Assembly (NCBI GenBank): GCA_051362555.1
Contig: CM120642.1
Location: forward strand, 8,246,001 to 8,310,000
DNA from: Lingula anatina
Taxonomy: Eukaryota > Animalia > Brachiopoda
DNA length: 64,000 nucleotides
Direction: 5' to 3'
In this document: positions 11,128 through 25,429 of the stretch, piece after piece
Layout: each line of letters opens with the position of its first letter
Numbering within the stretch: the stretch's first letter is position 1
Program-made: the position numbers and the translations under genes
Notes under the pieces: generated by a model
Databases searched by the model: none
Told to the model about the DNA's origin: nothing
What the model saw: the letters and a program-made list of their open reading frames with translations, nothing else

Positions 11128-12287
11128 GCGAAGACTCCTACCAATTAGCATGTGTGTGGGGTGCGGTCATCCCAAACCTCTTACAATAGGCGTCACGATG
11201 TAAGGCGTGCATTTTAATAACAGTTTGAGGGATCAGAAACAATGTAAATTTGATAAAAAATGATAATATTCCGGTGTCTTTTATGTTTATCCTTCATGAC
11301 TTAACCTGTTATTATCCAAGCCTTTAATACGAACGTTATGATATCTCTTAAAAAGTTGACTTAAGTCAAATGAATGTTTTTTCTTAAAGTCAGTTTTCAT
11401 TTCAAACACTGTGATGCATTGGAACAGGATAGTAACTGCATGAACCTTGTGACGGACAATTTAAAAAGAATTGAGCATTGCAATTGAAGGATTTGAATAA
11501 TTCCATTGGAGAGTGGAATAACAGCAGTGTTAGTTTCACATTGCTATCCGTACCAGCTTGATCGGTCATGATCCATTAAGTATCTCAGAAAAAGAGGATC
11601 ATACCTTAGCGTCTGTCCCGCCTACTAAAAGCTGTAAGGGGGTAACTAACTATGGTGCCCGCTCGGCTGACTGCAATTTAGCGTGAACCCCCAGGGAGTT
11701 AAGTTGATCTAAATCTAAATCTCTGGATCGATCTAAATCTCTGGGAATGCACCCTTAGTTAACAGACCTGGAGTCATCGCTGGTCAGACACGGACAGATG
11801 AATATTTATTTCCCGTCCTCGTGGGCGACCTCAACATTATCATATGTCAATGTGATAGGCACACTGTTATATTTTATGGTAGGGGAGGAATACATTCTGG
11901 ACCACAGGCTCTTTTGTTTTTTACAGAATCAGCTACAGCTCAAATCCCACACAGGTCATTCGACAGTTTTAACTGCTAGAAGACCTCTGGTAGAGAGTAC
12001 TAGAAATATAATTTCTCCCGTATATTCTAACTTGCAGAGTGAAATCGTGATAATTAATCCTTTGTAATTAATTGATTGTTTGTTATTAATTTTTGTAGCT
12101 AAAGAAAACAAAGAAATTAATCAGTCATGTTTGGCGGTTTAATTTATTGTTATATTGAGCGGGATAAACGAACGAAATAACAACATCCAAAAGCTTTGTG
12201 CCCCTTAACGAAATACTTAAATTATGATCTATGCTAATTTATTTTAAACCAAACTATATCTGGAAGCCTTTCTCCCCAAACAAACTG

Positions 12288-12419
12288 TACCCTCTACCAG
12301 GGCGATAGATTGATTTTTCACAAGATATTCACAGGTATGTCTTTAGATAAATAGACAGTCATTCAATTCTCTGGCTTTTTGAAATTTGCCTATAATATCT
12401 GCCACCTAGATAGAGGGTA
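12288..12419. mobile_element. Short MITE (TA-flanked, Tc1/mariner-type); related copy at 43395-43543
   Basis: Ends TACCCTCTACCAGG / CCTAGATAGAGGGTA. Internal AGATTGATTTTTCAC is found reverse-complemented in the 43.4-kb copy. Confidence 0.65.
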
Positions 12420-15400
12420 GACAAAGTGATGATGGATTTATTGAAATGGGTTACTATTCTAATAGGGCTTATTAACACCACAAAACCACACTGGCATACT
12501 TTGACATTCCTCCCAGGCACACATAATAACCACTATAAAATCAGAACACTGAGGTGGGTGGGAGGACAGGCCTACTTCCCATACAGCGCAACACTGAATT
12601 ACTGCGGAGTTTTGCAAGGGCGTGTGTTTGTGAGTGTCTATGTTTGCCTGTGCTTACAAGCATGTGAGTTTTTTTAGTTTTAAAAGCAACGTCGTTTATA
12701 GTATCGTTACATACGGGTAAACGGTTGTGCGCATGCGTGTGTGTGTACTCGAAAATATGACTTTTCTAAAATAACAGTCACGGAAATATTAAAACAGGTT
12801 TCTCAAATGAACAAGTCCATCAAGTCTATAAATATAAAGTGTATATATTTTGTGTCCAACTTTGACCAAGAGTCCACATTCTAAAATGACCGTGAGTGTA
12901 CAGGAAACTAAATTTAGATAGGCTTGCCTTTGCATTTGGATAATTGACCAAAAAATAAGTAAATAAATAAAGTTAATTCATTCGGAAATTGTCTGTAAGT
13001 CAACAACAACTTGATAAATTTGACTCTTAATGTTTTAAGAATTGCTGTACTTTTTCTGGATTGTTGTATTTCTTTTTGTTTAGCAGTGCACATGTTTAAA
13101 TAAACCACTTAACTGGTATTAGGTTTTCTTAATTTTCCTTAATGATTTTAGAACCTTTTGTTGTATTATTTCAGATGTAGGCTTGATCTTTACACAAAAA
13201 TCTAAATTTTACTGTAAACTTATCGTAATCCAGTGAGAAAATCAACTTAAAATTGTTCTAAATCATCTTAACATAGCACAAATGTTGGTTCAAACATTAC
13301 CACCCGTGAATTGATGGGCTCCGCCATTGCTTATAGCATCATAAAATGCGCCAAGTAGAAAGGGAAATAAAGAAAAGCCTCAATAAACAATTCTAGAAAA
13401 GGCCATTGTGTTAACAAATCTTTAGAGAGTAGTATTGATTTTAAATAAGTTCAGGACTTTGTATCAAAAGTAAAGACTAGAGCTGAAGGCTAAATGCTAT
13501 ATAAATTATTTACTACCCTTTAAAACTAAAACCCTAGAATTGCTTGGTAAAGGTTTCAAAAGATTTTGAGCCGAATGGAAACTATGAAAGACGCCGATTC
13601 TGTTTTGTCACCCTCTTGAAATGGTTAGATTGAAGAAAATTGATCTGTCGGTATTTAATGGGAAAATGTGGAAGGGGGAGGAATACATTTTCTCCTTATA
13701 GAAACTCCTATGTCCTGTTTTGGAATGATTCATAAAACCTCAAAACCACAAGTGCACGATTTAACCTGGTCATCTTATTATTTTGGCATGCCATGACAAT
13801 TCTTGAGATAATGTACTGGTATCTGTAACTCTTAAACAACTAGCAGACATCTGAAGTGGATATCTATAGAAAATCAAGCTCTTTCTCCCTAAACCTCTCC
13901 GCACCCCTCTCTTTCTCTCTACTCCCCTAGTGTCACCCCTCATGCAGTGGGTAAAGTGATACAGAAAATCTTGTCTTAAACCAATGTATTTTATTTAACT
14001 TCCTAAAGGATTTATTTACACAATTGTACTGATTACTCAACAAACGAATAAATTAACGATAGTTAACGATGCTGTTTTCTTTTTGAGTTGAAAGCACATT
14101 AAAGATTTAGTCACTACTTTGTCCAAGGAATACTTAATACTATTCTCCTGACATTGGCCATCGTCTATTTATAAGAATTCACATCACGGCTAATTTTTAA
14201 ATGCAGGAAAAATAATGATAACTTTTCTTTGGCGCAGCATTTTCCCGAGTACACGACCCTGATGACACATTGACGCTCCATTTGGATTTAAAATACAATG
14301 GGGGCGACATTTGATAGAGGTCGCGGCAGTCTAGAAGAAGGACTTCATCGGAGATACCCGGTACTACAAAGCGACAGACTGCGTCATTTCGTATTGAAAC
14401 CACAGGCTGTATAACTTTTGGCCATGCGTCGTATTTTAGTAATGAGTAAAATTCCATTGACCTGTTTTAAACAGCTTTACGAGCAATTGGAACTAAAAGA
14501 GGGTCACCTTGGGTATTTTCGTTCCCGTGAAAGATGCATGACATGCTCATATTTTGGCCTGATCCGTGAATAGCCCCATTCCCGTGACTCATTAACGAAT
14601 GCGGATTTTTTATTCTTCGTCCTTCATAAAATGAATACATTATACTCGTTAATCCGCGATTGTCAACTTTCACCTATTTCTTGTATTTTCAACGAGATAG
14701 TTTTATATACTGTGGATTAAGAATAGATGATTTTATTTCCAATGAACTGTGACCACTACCCCCCCCCCCCAAACACACACAAACACAATTGGTCCCTCTT
14801 TAAAGTCTGTTACATCGGGTTTACATAATATATAATAAGTTAAATGAAAGCTGTTTTCATTAAGTTGATATCATAGAGTTGCATCATAAATGCCTGAAGT
14901 GTATGTGTGGGCGCACTCGCGCGTGAGCGTGTGTGGCGAACAAAGACTTGGCTGAAAGAAATTTCATCACAAGTAACTACACGTTTGATTCGTGGGCAAA
15001 AGAAAAACAAACAACAGTTATTCTTCTTACAATCTGAAACACGCCAATTGTACGTATTAAACGATCTTCATCTGAGACAGGGACACTCGGATTACACTGA
15101 CAAGTGTGTCGACGTGGGATGAACGAATTGTGATTCTACTTCACCTGGATTAGTTCTTTGACATTACGTTTTATGATAAAAAGGCCAGTTAATGTCCCTA
15201 CTTATCCTCAATCCCCAGAGCTATCCACAGACCTTGACGTGTATAAGTGAAAGAGAAAAAATGTATTTTTTCCTGAAAATGAAACAAATGAATATGACAA
15301 CTTAAGTTTATGTTTTTGTCCTCTCTCTCTCTCGTTACAGAACGTGTGTGAGTGAGCGTTCATGAAAGACTTCTTCATGCAGACTTGTGTGTGCGTTTGG

Positions 15401-16574
15401 TGTGAAAGCAAATCGGTGATAGGGGGGTTTACAAGTATATGTACATCCGTTTTTAACCCGGGAAGACGTTTTACAATCCTTGAGATTGTTGAAAACGATA
15501 AAAATGGGCGATTTACAACATTTTAAACAATGGACATGATTCCATGAAAGTTTTGATCCAGTGAAGGGACTATGAATAAAATATTGATCTATAGTCAATT
15601 GAAATCACTCTCCACCTTTACAATCTGGTCTAATTGCTCTATAATCTAAGTGGTCACTGGTCTGCCTGCCATTATGCCCATTACTATGTTTAAAGAGGTC
15701 CCTTACAACTTGCCCACGTATCAGCACTCAATCCTAAGGACATTCCTTTTTGGTAATGTTTTTTCTTTCTCTAACTTAAGCCTGGGCGGGAAAAAAACAT
15801 TCCCTGACTTTCTTTCTATTAAAGTAATGCTTTGTATTGGGACGTGGATAATTTGATAACTCTGTTTATTATTCTCATATTAAATGAATTTCATGGGACA
15901 GGTTAAGGTTTTCAGTGATAAGGGAGATGGGATCGTATTCGTTTGCGTAATCTTGATCAAGGGCAAGTCGTCTATTTACTTTCCAGGAAGACTGTGATTC
16001 ACCCACCTCTCTGTCTCTGTTTATTTTGAAAATAATTTATCCACGTGTACCCGGTGGGGCTGTGGACCAAGTTAAATCTTCGGCCCCACTGATATGACTG
16101 CAACAGTCGGCCACCATTGTCCAAGGTATACTGAAAAGATTGACATTTGGTCACTTTCACTTAACGCGGACGTTTCAGTTGTTGTTTTTGGTGCGCCGGT
16201 ATACAAAGAAGCCAAAACTTAACAAAATATTGAATTAAATCATTTTACAATAAAATCATTTCAGTGTATATACATGCACATGCGTATTTTCCGATCTTTT
16301 CATACCTATGCTCCAATATTTGTTTACTTGATACGTATAGAAAAAATCATGAAAATAATTTCCAGTAACATTTCTACCCCGACCGGTTTATTTAAGAAGC
16401 AAACTCCCATTTACTACTTCAAATGAGGGGGGTGTGTTTTAACTGAGCGCACCCCTCTTGGATCATTCACCGCTGCTTGCCGAAGCACTATAAAGAGAGC
16501 TGTGAAAATATATGTAACTGCTCGGTTTAGCTACGTAGAGTGTATAGGACCTGCAGCTATTTACTGAATTCAAG

Positions 16575-18869
16575 ATGCAGCTGGTGGGACTGTTTGCATT
16601 TGGTTTGTTCTTAATTGGATATGAAGAAGGTTAGTTTATCGGTTTACTTCTTTTAACAGTAAATAGTCGAAGAACCCATTAAAAATAATTTTTATCTGTG
16701 AAAAATGTTTAAGTGCTAACATCTTTTTGCGTTCTCAGACAAAAAAATTACCAACATAAAACTTCAAACTTTCAAGCTACCAAATTTCCTGTCTGCATTA
16801 ATGCAACAATGTGGTTGGAGCAAATTTACATTAGGATTCTCGTTTGGTTAAAATATATTTCTTAAACAGTTTCAGCGGCTGTGAATGTAAATTCAGTGGC
16901 TTTTGCAATTAATAACAAACTATCCAGTCTCCTGGCTCCCAGGTTCAAGTCATTGTCTCCGTTCAGTAAATCCGCTTCGAAGGTTAAGCCCAAGATTGAC
17001 TTTGTGATGTTGTTAGACAGCAGTGGAAGTGTGAAGAAGAGTTACTTTGAAGACGAGAAACAAGCAGCGCAGGTAATGAATTCAGCAAAAAAAAAAAAAA
17101 AATAAATAAATAAAAAAAAAATAATAATAATAATGATGATGATGAAAAATAGATAAATAAATAAATAACCGGTATTTTAATCTAAAGTGAAATCACTTCT
17201 CTTAATTTCATTTCAAATAGTAAATTCACAACCTGTGCTTCAATGTTCACATTAATAGAAAGTAAATTAATGATGCTTTGCCGTGTAGATATATGGCGAA
17301 ATATCACATTGATATGTATACACATAATTATGGCAGTGTATACATATAAGGCATATAAGGCAGTGTCAAAGACAAACATTTCAAATGCTATTCATTTTTA
17401 TTTCTATATAGATATTGCTTATATAGTGTAATACAATTTAGTCTTATATGTAGAAGAGTTCATAAGCTTGGGTTTTGAACCCGCTTTTCATTTTTTCAGA
17501 CACTTGTGGATTTCGTCCACAACAAAGCACCTATTGGACATCGTAAATCACGAGTGGCCCTGATAGAGTACTCCGTGTCAGCTCACTTTGAATTTAGATT
17601 ACATACTTACAGCTCGCCCTCAGCGATAAAGAGGAGGATTCGACAAGTGAAATTCGACAATGGTACAACTGTTAAGATTTATAATATATTTTGGCTTTAT
17701 TTCTATTTTTAATGGCTTAAAGGTATTCCAAAGAGAAAAAGTGCCTTCTTTGACAACTTAGATTAATTTGAGATTTAACTTACAGGTTGTTTTGATCCTT
17801 TTTTACTTTTAAAATGGTATGACTGTAATTTAGTTAAGATACGACGTAACATGCAAATTTGTTGTATTATTTCATTTGCTCATTTGTTTATTTATGCATT
17901 TAGTTAGATATTTCGATATCTGTGGAGTTCTACCCATTTGTGTTTTTTTTTTTTGGTTCGTTTTTGTTTGTTCATTTGTTTAAAACCTGACATCTATCCA
18001 TTATGAAAGAATGGTATTTTCTGGTGTATATATACATGTATCTAGATACATATATGAAATACTTGTTTTAGACTATAAAAACACTGTATATATCATTATT
18101 ATTTTTGTCTTCTGTTCCAGATCTGAATTAAATCCATTCTTATAATACTTCTTAAACTTACAATAATTTTTAATGATATTTTACATGTTTTTAAGGTAGA
18201 CGAACGGCAACTGGACCTGCCCTGTCTAAAGCAAAGACAGAATTACAAGTTAACGGCTGTTCTGGCAACGTGAAATTGGTATGGCTGTTTACCGACGGTT
18301 ATTCCAATTCTGGCGGGAACCCCAAGATACCGGCTGATCAACTTCGAGCGATGGGTAGGTGTAAGCCTTGACTTTCATTTCATTAATTCATTATACTGTA
18401 AAATGCGCTACGTTGTACAAATAAACTGCTCAAACTTCTTAATACACATATTCTCTTGCCGCAACTAAAAGCTTTAAAAAGGAATATCAATTCTGAGAAG
18501 TACGAAAAAATATATGCATAATCTGGAAAAGGTATTATTGAATTGTAATTTAGATGGATGAAAAGGGCCTTTAGGGAAAAATGGCTATAGTCATTTGATT
18601 TTACTTTTTGCATTTTATTCTGTGTATATCTAATGATTTTATATTTTTCTATTTCTCTTTATTTTGATGCAGGTGCCACTGTGTGTGTGATGGGCGTAGG
18701 TTCGTCCGTAAAATGGTCCGAGGTGAACCAAATTGCAAATCGCGACTGCATATTTAGAGCGGATTCGTTTGCCGAGACTCGCACCATTATGAGAAAGGCG
18801 TACAGCTTGAGTCTGGGTACCAGAACACCGAGACTGCCCGGCAATTTCTTCAGCGGACTTGTTATTTAG
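16575..18869 (+). CDS. Secreted single-VWA-domain protein, paralog A (258 aa, 5 exons)
   Basis: Exons 16575-16629, 16870-17072, 17500-17662, 18196-18354, 18673-18869 (777 nt, GT-AG, phases consistent). Signal peptide MQLVGLFAFGLFLIG. MIDAS LLDSSGS, RTAT, LFTDG. TATAAA at 16489. Confidence 0.9.
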
Positions 18870-21800
18870 GTCTGATCACGATTTGAATGATACTGATATA
18901 TCTTTTCTTTGACACATGTATCCTATAAATATAAGCCGCTTACCTGTTTTAATGTAGAAGCAGTAATTGGTTATGACATAGCTTAAAGGACTTTCAGTTC
19001 CATGATCAACTAATTAGACTGACACTGACTCCCGGGCAACATTCGATTTTACGCAGAAATAGTTACCTGTTCCACATGATGTCCATGGCACTGTCACTTG
19101 CAAACTATTCTTGCCTATTTTAAACGGAGACTAAACGAACGGGACCCGTAACCTGAATCCGTTTGCCAACAAATGTTTCTTGTGATAAAAATGGTAGCCC
19201 TCTAGGAACCGTAGCCCGTTCCCCCTTACATTGCACGGGTGACATTCGTCCCATTTACTAACACAAATACTCTGAGTAACCCTAACCCTAAACATATAGG
19301 CCCCCGCACTTCCATTCCTTGGACTACCATTCCTGTCACACCGCCACATATAACTAGTTGCTTTCAAGCTAAGGCCCATTAAATTAAACTTAGATGATCT
19401 TTCCTAGTTCCGATGCAGAAATTAAAAAATTCTCAGCTCTCGGATGACCACATTGCCATCTTGCTGTAAGCCGAAAGATTGTTGGTTATCATGTGCCCTT
19501 TTATCAATTCATCACTTTTTGTTGCATAGTAATTGCTGCCATAGGATCTCCCCAATGGCCTTGCTATATTTATGAATAACGCTTTCCAAATCTGACAGTG
19601 TCTTTGTATTGTTCAAATCGTACGAAATTAAATCATGTGAATGAAAATTGTCTTTCAGATGTTTTGTTTAATCTGATTCATTTACAGTGGATTTAAACCA
19701 CATTGTTATGTGATCAACAATTGATGATTTTAACACCCTTGACTTCATGACATGATAATCGCAGTAGATATAATCTATGTTTCTTAGAAAATGTAAACCT
19801 CTCCCGTTGAAGATTTTGTCCTTAATCAGAATCTTTGTAAATCAGATGGGAATGTCTGAGACCATGTAAGGACGAAGAAAGTTGCCTATTTTTATAAATA
19901 AATTCTTCAGCCGCCATATACGCAAGAAACAATGCAATTTTCTCTGCTTGTGATCTGCGATAAAAGACAGATCCCAATATCTTTACCTCCCCCCCCCCCC
20001 GCGCCATGCCTTCTTCTTTGGAAAATATGTCTTTAAAATTTCAAAATTAGCATTTTCCAGTAATGAAGATATGAAAAATGTTTTGTGGTCTGGATTCCGT
20101 TCTTTTATCGATTAAGAAGGGAAATGAAGAAGCTGCAATTTTTTTTCGGAAAAGAGAATACTCATAATTTATCTAGTTCGGCATTGATTGTAGTATTGGC
20201 TTTGGTCTTCGCGATCGCAGCATCTACTAGTATTTACCGCGGCTGCATGCTAAGCACTGTTTTATATCACCAACAATAATAGCAAAAAAAACCTCAATTA
20301 AATGGAGATCTAAGAAATAAAATTAATTAAAATCTTCCTTCCTTTCATGGATGGTTTCACTGGCAATTTATTAAAAAATATGCATAGAATAAGACGGTGA
20401 ATTATACTTTCGTTTGAAAATGTAAGAAAGGCCTTGACCTTGACACTAAGAGTATGTGATTAACTTAAACTTGAGCATACGTTTATCTACGTGACATCTT
20501 TTCTTGAGAAATTCAATGATTATGAGTATAAACAAAGTGATCAAATTCAAGCATTTCAAATTTCAATTACAGAAAAGCAGAATTCAATAATAAATAATTG
20601 CGATGCAAACCATGTGCTTAAAATTATAACGTAACAGTTGGCCTAAAGATAAGATGTAAAAGACCTTTACCACATACATGTAAATGCATATTCGGACATG
20701 GTTTTCAGATGTTCAGGAAAATCAGTGACCACTTAGAAGAAGTCACCGATGCGAAGAAACATATTGTATCCTTGCCTTAGCTCAAAGTTTTCAAAATTCA
20801 CATTACACGTGTGCCTCATAATTTAGGTTGGATTATCCTATATCTATGTCTGATAATACAAAAAGTTACTACAATCAGAATTTTGTTCTAGGCAATTGTG
20901 CTAGCTGTGCTGTTATTCGACTGCTTTAAATAATTCCATTTAATTTTTTTATTTTCAATTTTTGCATGAAAAATTACAAACCATGATAAAGAAGTATGTG
21001 GTAACAGTATTTTAGACTGATAAAAAAGTGTATAGCATTATGGCAATTCACTGATGATTTAAAAAAAATTGAGACACTTATCAGTAATGCATGCAAACAT
21101 AAAAAAGTACCTGACAATGTAAGGTCTTAACAAAGTTATATGTCAGCACTATTATTCCATAGTCTGAAATGGGTTTAAAAAGAAAACACGGATGCGATCC
21201 CCAGCTAATATCCCGGTAAAATTTTAATGGACTTAAGTTCGTGATGAGAGAGTAAAAAATCATAAGGTTCTTTTGTCAGAGTCTTGTAAAAGGGTTCAAT
21301 TTGTCAATTTCTTAAAGTAAAGCACAAAGAACAGAAACTGAAAAAATGAGGAAGGATATGGAGAAGGGGGGATGAAAATTAGAGGGATTTGAAGATACGA
21401 GACTATGGGAGACAGCCGTGTATTATAGAAGATGGAGCGGTAGATTGTGGATTTATAAAACAGCTTTAAAGAAATAATCCTGGGTTTTGGATACGTTCTA
21501 GCAGCACTCACACAACAACAAACCAAAAACATTTACTGAAAATATCAAACTGACGTGATCAGCTGTATTTATTGTTATTCGTTATCAATATTTGATTTAC
21601 ATAAATAAAAAATACATGCTACTTTAAATCTATTTTTGTAATGAGAGTCGCTCATCTGAAAGGGAGTGTTTCATGTACAAAAAAGTAGACCAGCAATTTT
21701 TTTTCATCTTAAACATCGAATGACGTCACTGAACCGATTACATGTATATGGCCATCATAAAACTGACAACCTCACATTTTCTGGAATGGACGTACCAGAG

Positions 21801-22077
21801 AGCTGTGGTAATCGTTGACTAACTTCTTCTCGTCGGCATGTTCTCTTAATTCCCTTTAGTAATACACCCGCTATAATTTTAAGGAAACTTTCATGACAAT
21901 TTAAATTAACAGTGGCTTCGTGAGCCGTTACGCGCTCCCTTCTGTGATGAACGCCAAACCTTAAAGTCGTATCGCCAAGGGTGACTTTTAAGTCACCTAT
22001 CCATTTCAAGATAAGTAATAGACATAGATCTAACTGTATCATATGTCAAGAATAAGAATATCCATAACAAAGCAAAA

Positions 22078-25000
22078 TTAAAATTTAAGGCCACTGAAAA
22101 AGTTTTTGCTCAAACGCGGTGGCTGAGCCCCCAAACTCATCGAGTATGCTTTTCTCAAAATGGTGCGAGCTTGCAAAAATGAATCGGCTCTAAACTTGCA
22201 GTCGTGATTAGCAATTTGGTTTATTTCTGCCCAGTTGATAGACGATCCTACGCCCAGCACACACACTGTAGTACCTGCAATGAAACAAATGGAACATTAG
22301 ACTGTTATTTACTTCTATTTCTACATAACAAATAAATATATATTGTTCAATATGTTGGATTTATACATTTTACAGCAGAATTGCAATTTAAGGGATAACG
22401 TTGAATATAAGTAAGATGCTTGCTTGAAAAAGCACTTTGTGCAAAGTGAGAATGATATTGCATTTCACTGAAAATATTGGGTTAAAAAAGTTTTGTTTGG
22501 TCTTACCCATGGCTCTCAGTTGATCAGCCGGTATTTTGGGGTTCCCACCATAATTGGAATAGCCATCAGTAAACAGCCATACCAATTTTACATTGTCAGG
22601 GCGGCTATTTGCTTGTAGTTCCTTTTTAGCTTTATATAGAGCAGGCCCAGTTGCTGTGCGCCAACCTTAAAATACATTTAAATATTGCATGTAGAATTTT
22701 TAACACACGTGTATTTAAAGTTGTCACAGAAAACCAGATGTACCATGAAAATCTGACTCTCCCCAAAATATGACTCCCCCGTCAGATTTTCATTATGAAA
22801 ATGTGAATCCCCAGTCAAATTTTCATAATGAAAATGTGACTCCCCCAATGAAATTTTGACTCCCCCACAAAACTTACTAAATCTCATTTTATTGGGTATG
22901 TGACTTTTATATTGTAGTATGCATAATGGAGGATACATTGGCATTTTTCTTAGTTTACAGGTGAAAATTCTCATGAGAAAATAAGAAAATTAAAAATGTG
23001 TATTTTACCACCCAGTGACTCCCCTATGGAAAAGGTATTTATTTGATATTTGGTGAGCATTTCAAGATCTTTCCTTTAAGTATGCTATATGAAGAATATA
23101 TTGGAAATATCTGAAAGTTTGGTAGTAAAATATTGGGTGCAAAAAATGAAGAAAAAAAATCCTGAAATAATCTTCATATTCATACCCATGTAATTTGGAC
23201 TCCCATGAAAAAAGACCCTATTTTATGTTTAGTCATCATACCATTGTTTTCCACATGGTTTGCATTGTGATGTATATTTTGTTAGTATTTGAATGTTTGG
23301 TGGTGAAGATTTTGAAACAAGTATTCATCTTGCTACCTGTAGGATTTGGACTCCCATAGCCTTTTCATAGGAGTAATTGGGTGGGAAAATATTTTTAATT
23401 TCTCATTTCTCATGAAAATTTCCACCTACAAACTAACAAGAAGTGCCAATGTATCCTCCATTGGGGGCGTCTCGATAGTCCGAAGGTTCATTGGTCCGAA
23501 AAGTGGTAACATTTTCGCCGATTTTTTAATCAAGGGTTCATTGGTCAGAAGGTTCTATAGTGAACATTCGGACCAATGAACCTTCGGACAATTGAACCTT
23601 CGGACTATTGCTATGGCCCCCCTCCATTATGCAAAATACAAGATAAAAGTTATATACCCAATTAAAATAAGATTTATAAAGTTTTGTGAGGGGGAGTCAA
23701 AATTTCATGGGGGGAGTCAGATTTTCATGGTATATCGTTCATACTTAGATACTCGTATACAATTCGTTGAAAAAAAAAGAGGAAATGGATAAACAGCTGA
23801 ATCCACAAACAGATAATAATTAATCAAATAAATAAATAAACAATTAAATGGATAAGATTATCAAAATGTGTAAGGCAGCTTAAGTATTGTAAGTGACCTA
23901 AGTATCATGTTAAACCGGTTAACACTCATACCGTTGTCAAATTTGACCAGTCGAATCCTGTTCTTGATCGCCGTAGGTGTGTTGTACTGGTTAAATTTGA
24001 ATTCAAAGTGAGCGTTCACGGAGTATTCTATCAGTCCTACACGTGATTTATAATATCCAATAGGTGCTTTGTTGTGGATGTAGTCAACAAGTGTCTGAAA
24101 TAAATACAATTAAGAGTCAAAACTTGTTTATTACGCTCTATTTAGGTTTAAATTCTTTGTTATATACTTGTCTTTGAAGACCTGTACATTTTTCTAATAC
24201 ATAAAAACATCTTTGTTTAACATTTTCAGAAAAAAATCTAGTTTTTTTACCTTTGTCTTTTACTTTTAATTATTCAGAAGATACCGTTATGAAATAGAAA
24301 ATAATGAAAGCAATTATTTGGGGTTTTACTCATTTTTGTCAATGTATTAATTACCTGTGCCCCTTGTTTCTCATATTCAAAATACTTCGCCTTCACGCTT
24401 CCACTACTGTCCAATAACAGTAGGAAATCTATCTTTGGCTGTGCCGGTGCAGATTTCAACCCCTTAAATCGTCTTGGCACTGCTTTGGGAGCCAGAAGAC
24501 TGGATAATTTGGCGTTAATTGCAGAAGCTACGGAGTTGACATTAACTGCATCAGTTACTGTAAAAGAATTATATCGTACGGGCGTTAAATTGCTCCCGTG
24601 ATTTATTCTTTATCTTATTTTGCAGGAGCAGGTAACAGAACACATATTTCCCCTATGCATCGCATACACACGTAACTTTCGGTTCAGATTAATCAGACTC
24701 CGCAATATGCCAGAGATGGAGTTTTTTAATTGGTAATTTCACCCTACTTAGTAAGTTAAGCCTAGGTCCCAACTACGTTTTGGACGCAAGGTTTTTTAGG
24801 TTCCTTGCGTCCGGCTAGGACGTAGCTAGATCGCAGGGAAGGAATCAAGTAATTGGTGAAAAGTTTCTGCGTGCTGTTTGCGTCCTCCAAAAGTCGCACG
24901 ATGGACGTGCTCCTCACGCACGAACTCCCACGTTTTCCCCATTTTTTGGGCCGTAGACCACACGTAACAGCCCGTACGTTCGGTTGGGACCTAGGCTTTA

Positions 25001-25429
25001 GACTGCATGTGACAACATAGGTGAGGTTCTATAACCGACATATCTTTTCCGTGGTATTTTAGTGAGTTGTTAATCGCTGTGCCATAAAATATCCGCAAAA
25101 TTCCGACATACAGTTTCCCATAGTAATATGTTATTTTTCGACACCCGACTCCTTTCTGCAGAAAGCCAAGTCTTTCAGCATGACACCACGTGCAAACTTT
25201 TTATACTTTAAAACCTTTATTTTTACCACGCTAACCTAAAGCCCTTTTTAATTTATACATGTACAAGTAATTGTGTTCGTAGAAAAACGTGAAAATTCAC
25301 ACAAAAAATATATAATCTAAAATGTACCGCCTATATCCCCTGTAAAATGTGATCAACATTAACTTTAAACTAACCTTTTGCAATTCCTGTTAAAGAGAGT
25401 AAAAATGCCAACAGTGCCACCAGCTGCAT
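22078..25429 (-). CDS. Secreted single-VWA-domain protein, paralog B (258 aa, 5 exons)
   Basis: Exons 25429-25375, 24557-24355, 24094-23932, 22665-22507, 22274-22078 (777 nt). Signal peptide MQLVALLAFLLSLTG; LLDSSGS and FTDG motifs. TATATAAA at 25512-25505. Confidence 0.9.
22743..23730. mobile_element. Foldback-like MITE with long inverted arms, TA-flanked, in intron 3 of VWA paralog B
   Basis: TA|CCATGAAAATCTGACTC ... GAGTCAGATTTTCATGG|TA. Inverted arms extend inward (22921-22996 vs 23391-23462/23621-23632). Repeated GACTCCCC subterminal motifs. Confidence 0.85.
23463..23620. mobile_element. ~158-bp MITE nested in the preceding MITE, 8-bp TSD (hAT-like)
   Basis: CCTCCATT duplicated at 23455-23462 and 23621-23628. 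Internal inverted ATAGTCCGAAGGTTCA / TGAACCTTCGGACTAT. Confidence 0.85.
24759..24997. mobile_element. PIF/Harbinger-type MITE in intron 1 of paralog B
   Basis: Perfect TIR AGCCTAGGTCCCAAC / GTTGGGACCTAGGCT flanked by TTA at 24756-24758 and 24998-25000. Confidence 0.85.

Noticed and set aside
16489-16530. Apparent TATA deletion or promoter rearrangement in paralog A (AAATATATGT.ACT.CTCGGT lies downstream of the TATA in A but upstream in B)
   Set aside because: TATA-to-ATG distance and context are conserved (~83-86 nt) in A and B, so no deletion is needed; the motif match may be chance.
19110-19350. TAACCCTAACCCT telomere-like motif
   Set aside because: Only two units, probably part of a decayed interspersed repeat; not an interstitial telomere.
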